DNA of 28,653 bases. Source: a virus. Taxonomy: Duplodnaviria > Caudoviricetes. A model generated the notes under the pieces. That model ran no database searches, was not told the origin of the DNA, and worked only from the letters and a program-made list of their open reading frames with translations. Made by a program: the position numbers and the translations under genes. Where the stretch lies: IMG/VR virus record IMGVR_UViG_3300023283_000261, positions 1 through 28,653 of that record. One strand, written 5' to 3'. Below, one piece after another: positions 1-7,034 of this stretch. The first letter of the stretch is position 1. The number at the start of each line of letters is the position of its first letter.

Positions 1-7
1 CTTGCCA

Positions 8-58
8 GCGCATCCAAAAAAACCGCGCATCCAAAAAACCGCGCCCCCCAAAAAAACC
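8..58. repeat. Three imperfect tandem copies of GCGCATCC(A)6-7CC in the C/A-rich spacer upstream of tRNA-fMet
   Basis: gcgcatccaaaaaaacc (8-24), gcgcatccaaaaaacc (25-40), gcgccccccaaaaaaacc (41-58) read directly. The position fits a 5S-tRNA-fMet spacer of an alphaproteobacterial rrn operon (inference). Confidence 0.7.
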
Positions 59-174
59 GTACCCGTGGCATCGCCCCAGGGCGCCATCCAGCGTCCCCCA
101 AAGCCGGGCGCGCCCCAACCCCAGGCTTTACCCCGATCACAAACAAAACCACCCCAAAACCAAAAACCCTCAGC

Positions 175-251
<77 letters not shown>

Positions 252-280
252 AACAAGACGCTGAAATCACAGCGAAAAGC

Positions 281-321
281 AGAAAGCCCCGATCCACAAG
301 ATCGGGGCTTTCTCGCGTTTT
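281..321 (+). terminator. Intrinsic terminator-like hairpin after tRNA-fMet
   Basis: Perfect 14-bp stem agaaagccccgatc (281-294) / gatcggggctttct (300-313), 5-nt loop, T-rich tail. Confidence 0.85.
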
Positions 322-418
322 GGCACAAATTTGGCACACTCAAGGGCAACACAAACCGGGCTGTGCCAACTGTAGCGCGGCGCCAGCTTTTGACACCGGT
401 GACAATGCCTTTTGCCAC
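319..418. repeat. Cluster of TTTGNCAC motifs (candidate recombinase/transposase binding sites)
   Basis: tttggcaca at 319-327 and 330-338 (11-bp period), inverted tgtgccaa 362-369, cttttgacac 387-396 and cttttgccac 409-418 (22-bp period). Confidence 0.6.
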
Positions 419-548
419 TGCGGTCGGTAGCGCGGCGGCGGGCTTGAGACCAGTCCCCATGAGCTTTGATCTCGGCTTAAACCTTGCTTGAAGGGACGCG
501 AGGGTTATGGGACCGTGGCGACCCTTGGGTGTGCAACGGGAGGGGGGC

Positions 549-1199
549 ATGAGGGTCAGAATTGGTGCTGTCGCGGGCTGCTTCATCGCGGCCGTTTTGC
601 TGGTCGGGTGTGGCGATGAAGGCGAAAAATCCGGCGACAAGACCGGCCAACGATCCACCCCCGCGCCCATTGGGAAACATGCGGTCGCCGATATAACCCG
701 TAGCGGATACCCCAAGACCTGGAAGGCCTGGGGTGAGGAGGGCGTCGCGCGCATTGAGGCCTTGCAGCAGGCGGCAGCCAAGACGGCGGCAGGTAGCCAG
801 CGCTGCGACCGGGTCGAAATTGTCGGACTATCGGACAGCCGCTCCAGGCCACCGGATCGCCCGGTCGTATTCGTTGACTGTGCCAACCGCGAACGCTTCT
901 ATATCTCTGAATCCGACGAGGGTGACGCGGTGCTCAGCCAGTCCGAGAAGGCGGATCGCTTCTCCGAAGGAGACGCGGTCAGCGCCTGCACGAAGGCCTT
1001 GCGGCGCGAGCTTGCTTTCCCGGAATCCTTGGACCGGGATTTCTGGAGCCTGTCGGCCCGGCGGTCCAAGACGCTGGGCAATTGGGTCGTGCGCTTCGAC
1101 TTCAGCGCGTCGAACGCGTTGGGCATGGACCTGCCCCATACCGCCCGCTGCGTCATGACGCCGGCCGGCCAGACAGAGGTGACGATCGCCCGGCGCTGA
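549..1199 (+). CDS. Predicted lipoprotein (216 aa), accessory/moron gene on the strand opposite the phage late genes
   Basis: ATG at 549 preceded by gggagggggg; N-terminus MRVRIGAVAGCFIAAVLLVG-C is a basic/hydrophobic signal with lipobox; four Cys in the mature part besides the lipobox Cys. Confidence 0.8.
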   Translation: MRVRIGAVAGCFIAAVLLVGCGDEGEKSGDKTGQRSTPAPIGKHAVADITRSGYPKTWKAWGEEGVARIEALQQAAAKTAAGSQRCDRVEIVGLSDSRSRPPDRPVVFVDCANRERFYISESDEGDAVLSQSEKADRFSEGDAVSACTKALRRELAFPESLDRDFWSLSARRSKTLGNWVVRFDFSASNALGMDLPHTARCVMTPAGQTEVTIARR

Positions 1200-1222
1200 G
1201 CCCAGTCGCAGTCGCGCGGCTG

Positions 1223-1262
1223 CGGCCCCGCTGCGGCGACTACACGTCGCGACAGCGGGGCC
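1223..1262. terminator. GC-rich hairpin between convergent genes (possible bidirectional terminator/stabiliser)
   Basis: ggccccgctg (1223-1232) pairs with cagcggggcc (1253-1262); no U-tract. Confidence 0.45.
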
Positions 1263-1269
1263 GGCCGCA

Positions 1270-1497
1270 CTATGCGCCGAAGCCGTCGTCCCCGCCCGTG
1301 CTGTCCGGCCCGATCAGCACCACGTCGAAATAGGGGCCGACGTCCGGCGCATCCGCCGCGTCCGGCCGCTGCACGAGCTGCACGTTGGGGTTGTCCAGGC
1401 GAAAGAAGCCGATCTCCGCGTCGAAGAACCCGGCCATTTCCCCGTTGAAGGTGACGACGTCGAAGTCGGCGTTGGCGATATCGTGAGTCTCGAACAT
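1270..1497 (-). CDS. Small, strongly acidic hypothetical protein (75 aa)
   Basis: Strong RBS aaaggagaaagagcc-ATG, GC3-rich codons; 15 D/E versus 2 R and no K. Confidence 0.8.
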   Translation of the reverse strand: MFETHDIANADFDVVTFNGEMAGFFDAEIGFFRLDNPNVQLVQRPDAADAPDVGPYFDVVLIGPDSTGGDDGFGA

Positions 1498-1517
1498 GGC
1501 TCTTTCTCCTTTGGATC

Positions 1518-1544
1518 AAAAAAAGCCCGGCACGAGGGCCGGGC
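1518..1544 (-). terminator. Intrinsic terminator ending the tail operon
   Basis: Minus strand gcccggc-cctcgt-gccgggc followed by T7, just downstream of the 1558 stop. Confidence 0.85.
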
Positions 1545-1557
1545 GGTCGCCGAACCG

Positions 1558-1794
1558 TCAATGCCAGCGCCAGACCTCGGCGCGGCCCTCGTCATGCTCG
1601 ATGGCCCATTCGCAGTGCCCGGGATGGACGACGTCCAACACTCGGCAGACCACCTTGGCCCAGCGCTTGCCGGCTCGCTGCGCGCGGCCGAAGCGGCTGC
1701 TGAGCGTTTCGTCCGGGTCGCCGCCGAAAATGGCCGAGGCGAGCTGATCGACGGCCAGGGCAACGTTGTAGACGTAGCGGCAGGGGCGACACAT
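1558..1794 (-). CDS. Small phage hypothetical protein (DQL..a.FGG.PDETLSSR..R motif)
   Basis: ATG overlaps upstream TGA (TGATG); the motif resembles a common phage tail-distal small protein family (recall, not searched). Confidence 0.8.
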   Translation of the reverse strand: MCRPCRYVYNVALAVDQLASAIFGGDPDETLSSRFGRAQRAGKRWAKVVCRVLDVVHPGHCEWAIEHDEGRAEVWRWH

Positions 1795-2378
1795 CACGCC
1801 GGCCTCGGGATCAGCTTCTCGATTTCGGCAACGTGATCCGCGACCGCATCCGTGACCTCCGTGGCCCGCGAGATCATGCGGGGGACGACGTCGGCCTGAT
1901 ATTCCAGGTCCACGCGGGCGCGCAGATCGCCGGCGGCGAGCGCATCGGTGTATGCCTGGACGCTGGCCGCGAAACCATCGCGCACATCGGTCGGGATCGC
2001 CTGTCCGTCCAGCAGGTACGGCGCCATCACGTAGAGCAGCCTCTCCGCCATCGCGACACGCATCTCCAGGTCGGCGATCTGATCCTGTGCGTCACCGGCG
2101 GCGGCAGCCACGCGCCGGCGCGCGGCCTGCTTGGTCCCCTTGAGCGGTGCGGCAGCTCGGACGAGCCGATCCCGCAGGTCCCGAGTCACCGTCACCTGCT
2201 CCGGCGTGATCCCGTCCGGCTGCGGCGGCAGGGCCACGCCGTCGGGCACGCTGATATAGATCCAGCCGTCCAGCTCGCACAGGGGCGTGATCTCCCCGGC
2301 CTCGGTATCGGCGTGGCGGATCACGGTGCCGTCCGGCCCCGGCGTGATGACGGGCTGATAGCGGTAGATCACCGGCAT
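1794..2378 (-). CDS. Hypothetical phage protein downstream of the fibre gene (194 aa; possible fibre chaperone/accessory)
   Basis: ATG at 2378 with agggagac RBS, 28 bp after fibre stop; the longer ORF-track start at 2534 overlaps the fibre gene. Confidence 0.8.
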   Translation of the reverse strand: MPVIYRYQPVITPGPDGTVIRHADTEAGEITPLCELDGWIYISVPDGVALPPQPDGITPEQVTVTRDLRDRLVRAAAPLKGTKQAARRRVAAAAGDAQDQIADLEMRVAMAERLLYVMAPYLLDGQAIPTDVRDGFAASVQAYTDALAAGDLRARVDLEYQADVVPRMISRATEVTDAVADHVAEIEKLIPRPA

Positions 2379-2406
2379 TGCAGTCTCCCTGGCAAGCGAT
2401 CCATGA

Positions 2407-4590
2407 TTACGAACCATAGGCGGCCGCACGGAACCCGATGCTGGCGTACGAGAACGAGCGGAAAGAGGTGGCGGTGCGGGCAAACACCCCGGCGCCCGCC
2501 GAGACGCTCCAGTTCCCGCCGACGAGCGGGACAAGATTTTCTCGGCGGTTTATGTTGTGCCGATCCTGTCCGAAGAGGTTGGTGCCGTCGGCGGACACGC
2601 CGCTGTCATCGACGGCCAGCGCCAGCGAGTCGGTGATATAGCCGAGGCCGGTGGCATCGCCGGACAAAGAGGCGACGCCGGATGCGCCCCAATCCTGACT
2701 TTGGTCGGTCAGCGACACCACGTGATTTTCGTAGAGCGTGTCGATGTTGGCCGAAGACTGCCACGCGTCGGTCGCCCCGTCCCAGCCCTCGGTCAGGTCC
2801 GCGAGTGCCTGGGTTTCGCGCAGCACCCACAGCCCGCTGGTCTGGTCGAATGGCGTCGTCGAGGAAGCGGTCGCATCCGGCCCCGGCATCGTCAGGCCCA
2901 AGGCCGTCTCCCACATCGCGCCGTTCAGGTCCGCGACGCCGCTGGCCTGGCCGTTATGGGTGGTCTTGGCGAAGGGGGCACCGCTGCCCGTCAGGGGCTT
3001 GGCGCTACTGCCGCTATCGCCGGCCGTTGTGTAGGCCACCTCGGCATCGTCCACATCCCCTAAGCCGCCGTCGTTCGCCCCCTTCGGGTAGCTCGTCGTG
3101 CCGGCGTCGTCCCACCACGCGCAGTGCGTCGTGCTGGTCGCCGCCTGCGCATGGGCCAGGGCGAGCATCGCCAGGGCGCTGTAGATGAACATAGAGCAGG
3201 CGTGGAAGCCCGTGCCACGGTTGCGGGACAGCAGCACGGCGTCGGCCAGGATGCCGGTGGCGCCGGCGGCCATGCCGTCGCTGCTGGTGTAGGACGTGCT
3301 GGTCGTCAGCGAGATCGGCACGCCGTCCTTGACGCTCGACCCGTGGTCGCCGTTCGGGCTGCACAGGTACTTGTCGACGAAAAAGCCGTTCTTTTCGACA
3401 CCGCCGTCGATAAAGGCGCGGTGCAGGACGTAGCCGGCCCCCTCGGCATCCGCCGTCGTCGCGAAGGCGTCCGTGCCCTTGATGTCGATGTCGTTGGGCG
3501 CGAACTCGCCCGCCGTTGGGTTGTTGGCGGCGTTGATCCGGTAGTAGAACTTCGGCACCCAGCACATGATGGAGCCGTCGCTGTACTGGTAGGTGCCGTA
3601 GTTGTCGCTCGCCGGGTCCTCACTGCCGGACAGCGCCGTGAAGCCGCTCGGCAGGGACGGGGCCGCCGCGACGCCGAAGGCCTGCGTGCCGGGATCGCCG
3701 ATCGGGTCGAGGAAGCTGTCGGCCGTGGTAAAGCTGATCGCCGATCCCCAATCCGACCAGCCCAGATCCTGCCCCTGATGACGCGCCCGGGTGTAGTAGG
3801 TCGTGCTGGTGCTGAGCGGGCCCGCGTCGATCGAGGTGAGATTGCCCGTGTCCGTGCCGCTGTCGAAGACGATCGACGTGAAGCCGCTGTCCGTCGCGAT
3901 CTGCCATTGGCTGGCGGTATGGGTGTCGGGATCGCCGGAAAAGGTGGCGAAGTCGCTGGATGCCAGCGTCACCGTCTCGCCGATATCGACCGCGCCGTCC
4001 GCCGGCGAGGGGATGTCCGGCGGCACCAGGGCGTCGGGCTGGATCGCAAAGCTCACGTCGCGTCCATTGATCGTGATCGTCTCGGTCCCGGACGCCGACG
4101 GCGCGGTGTAGGTCAGCGTCTCGCGATCGCGGGTGACCGTGCCGAGGTCCGCCGCGATATCGTAGACGATCGTGCTGTCGAAGTTGGTGATCGTGATGGC
4201 GACGGTCTGGCCCATGAACACCTCGGCCGGGATGTCGAGGGCTGGATCGCCCAGCTCGATCGCCGCCTGGGCCGCGTCCGCACTCGCCGCCGCGGCGGTG
4301 GCACTATCGGCGGCGGCCACAGCACTGGTTGCCGCCGCGCTTGCGCTGGCCGCCGCGTTGGTTGCGCTGGTCGCCGCGTTCGCTTCGCTGGTCGCCGCGC
4401 TTTCGGCCGATGTTTCGGCCTCGGCCGCCGCGGTGCCGGCGTGCTCGCCGACCGCGCCGACATCCACGAGCAGCGCGGGCAGATTGGTGCTGTGCCCGTC
4501 GGCCGCGAGGCCGCCCGGGTTGGCGTCGGAAACCGGGCTGGAATTGTAGTAGCCGTCCTTGAGCCGGCTGATCTGGTCGTCGATCGTCAT
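2407..4590 (-). CDS. Tail fibre / receptor-binding protein (727 aa): Ala/Ser-rich coiled segment, Ig/FN3-like domains, C-terminal Mtd-like C-type-lectin-fold domain
   Basis: ATG 4590 overlaps upstream stop (ATGA); AAxSAxxAA repeats; FN3-like 'SQWQIATDSGF...TTYYTRARHQG...WSDW'; 'GFFVDKY', 'GVADLNGAMWE' and terminal 'GGNW...AGVF...IGFRAAAY' motifs typical of Mtd/FGE-like CLec proteins. Confidence 0.85.
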   Translation of the reverse strand: MTIDDQISRLKDGYYNSSPVSDANPGGLAADGHSTNLPALLVDVGAVGEHAGTAAAEAETSAESAATSEANAATSATNAAASASAAATSAVAAADSATAAAASADAAQAAIELGDPALDIPAEVFMGQTVAITITNFDSTIVYDIAADLGTVTRDRETLTYTAPSASGTETITINGRDVSFAIQPDALVPPDIPSPADGAVDIGETVTLASSDFATFSGDPDTHTASQWQIATDSGFTSIVFDSGTDTGNLTSIDAGPLSTSTTYYTRARHQGQDLGWSDWGSAISFTTADSFLDPIGDPGTQAFGVAAAPSLPSGFTALSGSEDPASDNYGTYQYSDGSIMCWVPKFYYRINAANNPTAGEFAPNDIDIKGTDAFATTADAEGAGYVLHRAFIDGGVEKNGFFVDKYLCSPNGDHGSSVKDGVPISLTTSTSYTSSDGMAAGATGILADAVLLSRNRGTGFHACSMFIYSALAMLALAHAQAATSTTHCAWWDDAGTTSYPKGANDGGLGDVDDAEVAYTTAGDSGSSAKPLTGSGAPFAKTTHNGQASGVADLNGAMWETALGLTMPGPDATASSTTPFDQTSGLWVLRETQALADLTEGWDGATDAWQSSANIDTLYENHVVSLTDQSQDWGASGVASLSGDATGLGYITDSLALAVDDSGVSADGTNLFGQDRHNINRRENLVPLVGGNWSVSAGAGVFARTATSFRSFSYASIGFRAAAYGS

Positions 4591-5465
4591 CCGATGATCT
4601 CCTGCAGGTCGAGGCTGGCCGACCATTCGCCGTTGCGGTGGGTCTCGGTCGGCGGAGACGAGAAGGTGGCCGTGGCGAGGAAGGCCTCGCGGTACAGGTT
4701 GGCGGCATCGTCGATGTCGGGCACGAAGACCACCGGCTCGGCCAGGCCGTTGCGCACCCGCATGTCGATCAACTGGTTGGCCTCCGCGCGCGACAGGAAG
4801 GGGAAGGTGACGCGCTGCCGCCGGCGGCCGGGGCGGTTATCCAGGACCTCGACGCCGCCGGGCGTTTCATCGACCAGGCTGCGGCCCTCGTAGGGCAGCT
4901 CGCGGCCATACTCGTAGGTCCAGAACGGGACCCACGGCCGGGCGACGTAGAGATAGCCCAGGTCGAACTCGGCCACGCCGGCGTTGTCGAAGCGCAGCAC
5001 GAGATAGCGCGTTGAAACGCCCGCGGGGACCGGCAGCACGAGTTGGCGGCCGTAGGCGTCGAGCAAGGCGTCCTCGGCCTTGCCGTCCCACCAGTTGGAA
5101 TCCTCATAATCGAGGTCGGCGGTGCGGTGGATGCGCTGAAAGACGTCCCGCCAGCCGCTGTCCCAGGTGACGTCGATCGGCGTGACCGACCCGTCGGCCT
5201 CGACCGTCGCGTCCTCGCAGGCGATGGCCTGGAATTGCGCCGAGCGCTGCAACGTTGTCGCGAAGAGCCCCAGGCCCGTCACGAAGCGCCGCTTGCCGAG
5301 GTCCACCAGGGCCTGCGGGCTCGCCGGGTTCGTGGCGTCGATGCAGCGCGCCGGCGCGGACACGAGGCGGCGGTTGATCAGGTTGGCCAGCGGCCGGTCC
5401 CAGGTGCCGCCGCTGAACGTGGCCTCAAGGGCATGGTTGCGGTGGAAGAGCCGTCCGGATGCCAT
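4587..5465 (-). CDS. Tail tip protein (292 aa; Dit/baseplate-like, family unassigned)
   Basis: Co-directional and tightly packed between 521-aa tail gene and fibre; 'ETPGG' motif seen in siphophage tail-tip proteins. Confidence 0.75.
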   Translation of the reverse strand: MASGRLFHRNHALEATFSGGTWDRPLANLINRRLVSAPARCIDATNPASPQALVDLGKRRFVTGLGLFATTLQRSAQFQAIACEDATVEADGSVTPIDVTWDSGWRDVFQRIHRTADLDYEDSNWWDGKAEDALLDAYGRQLVLPVPAGVSTRYLVLRFDNAGVAEFDLGYLYVARPWVPFWTYEYGRELPYEGRSLVDETPGGVEVLDNRPGRRRQRVTFPFLSRAEANQLIDMRVRNGLAEPVVFVPDIDDAANLYREAFLATATFSSPPTETHRNGEWSASLDLQEIIG

Positions 5466-5468
5466 GGC

Positions 5469-7034
5469 TCACCCCGCCGCCTTGAAGGTGACCAGATGGC
5501 GATCCGGCGCGGCCGGGGCGATCGAGGTCAGGATCATGCCGGCGTCGATCCCCTGCGGTGGATAGTCCACGCGGATCTCGTCGCCCAGCGCCCGGCCGAG
5601 AGCCGCGGGCGTCAGTTCGCGCACCAGCTCCAGCTCCTGGCGCGGCACGCCGTGGAACGGCACCAGCACGTCGTCCAGCAGCACCTGCGCGTCGGCCCGT
5701 TCGACCAACGCGGTGTCGACGGTGATCTCGCGGGCCGTGGGCCAGGCCGCCTTGATTGTGTCGTCTTGCCAGACGACGCGGCGCCAGGGCTCGCGCAACT
5801 CGGCCACCAGCTCGGGGTCGTGGTCGGCGCTGGCCGGATCGGTCAGCGCGGGGGCGATGTCCGACTCGCGCAACGGCGTAAGGTTGCGGGCGTAGCGCAC
5901 GGTGATCTTCCAGGCCGGCACCTCGATCGCCGGGTCGCCGGTGGCGATCGCCACCAGGTCGTGCTCGGTCCAGGTATCGAGCGGTGTCCCCTGCGGCGGG
6001 CGCAGCAGCCCGATCTGCCAGACCCCCAGGGCGTCCGGCAGACACCAGGCGCCGATCGAGCGGCACAGCAGGTCGAGGATCTGGCGCCGGGGCTCGGTGC
6101 CTTGCACCCACACGCCGACCCGCTGCGGCGCGTCGAGGGCGTCGAAGCTGTCCCCGATGCGCGACGCCGGCACGCCCCAGGCCTGGAGCAGCCGCTTCAT
6201 CAGCGCCGGAACGGTGTCGACGAAGCCGCCCGCCGCGTCGCCGCGCAGCGTGAAGGTGACCGGGCCGCTCAGCCCGGCCTCGATCAGCACCAGCCCGCGC
6301 CCCTTGTCGGTCGCGTACGCGCCGGTGTTCAGCATCAGGGTGTCGAAGTCCGCCCCGCTAAAGTCGCCCGCGTTGACCAGGCCGGCGTCCTGGCCGCGAT
6401 CCGCGATCGTCAGCAGGGCGTCGATCGGGCCGTTGTGGAGCTGCGCCACCTGACGGACGGCGTTGGCCCAGACAGCGGGGACGTGCGCGCGGGACAGATC
6501 GCCCCAGGCCTCGGGCTTGCCCTGGCCTTGCAGGGCGTCCGGCGTGCTCTCGTAGCCGGTCGCGCCGGTGTTGGTGCCGGCGAAGGTCGCGCGCGCGGCG
6601 TTTTGCTCCAGGATGGCGCGTTCGTCGAACAGCGGGATGGTGACGCGGCTCGGCTGTTCGGTGGAGACCGCGAAGCGCGCCGCCTCGCCACGCGCGGCCA
6701 GAAGCGCCACGTAGTCGGCCCAGGCGCCGCCGACGGGACCCCAGCGGACGTCGATGGCCGTCACGGCATGGCCGCGAAAGGCGGTCAGGTCGCCTTCGGC
6801 GTTGGCGGCCGACAGCTCGCCGCGCCCCAGGCCGCCGGCGCCCCGGGTCAGGTCGATGAAGGCATCCCTGGTGATCACCGGCGCTTCCGCCAGGATCGGC
6901 AGATAGCCCTGCCCCGGCCGGTCGGGATCGCTCGACGGGAAGGGCCGAACCGGCACGTCGGACAGCCCGACGGTGACGGGGTCGCCGCCGGGGGACGTCA
7001 GGGTCAGCTCGACCAGATAGGCGAAGACTGTCAT
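5469..7034 (-). CDS. Tail tip / baseplate hub-like protein (521 aa)
   Basis: Overlaps TMP stop (ATGA); 'YESTPDALQGQGKPEAWG' and 'YATDKGRGLVL' resemble proteobacterial siphophage post-TMP tail proteins. Confidence 0.8.
   Translation of the reverse strand: MTVFAYLVELTLTSPGGDPVTVGLSDVPVRPFPSSDPDRPGQGYLPILAEAPVITRDAFIDLTRGAGGLGRGELSAANAEGDLTAFRGHAVTAIDVRWGPVGGAWADYVALLAARGEAARFAVSTEQPSRVTIPLFDERAILEQNAARATFAGTNTGATGYESTPDALQGQGKPEAWGDLSRAHVPAVWANAVRQVAQLHNGPIDALLTIADRGQDAGLVNAGDFSGADFDTLMLNTGAYATDKGRGLVLIEAGLSGPVTFTLRGDAAGGFVDTVPALMKRLLQAWGVPASRIGDSFDALDAPQRVGVWVQGTEPRRQILDLLCRSIGAWCLPDALGVWQIGLLRPPQGTPLDTWTEHDLVAIATGDPAIEVPAWKITVRYARNLTPLRESDIAPALTDPASADHDPELVAELREPWRRVVWQDDTIKAAWPTAREITVDTALVERADAQVLLDDVLVPFHGVPRQELELVRELTPAALGRALGDEIRVDYPPQGIDAGMILTSIAPAAPDRHLVTFKAAG

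Noticed and set aside
1-8. Possible last bases of a 5S rRNA (cttgccag)
   Set aside because: Context fits an rrn operon end, but 8 bp is too little to call.
1200-2406. Complete DGR cassette (avd, TR, RT) downstream of the fibre
   Set aside because: No RT motifs (e.g. YxDD in an RT context), no Avd-like ORF and no second VR-like copy seen; the space is filled by three short genes.
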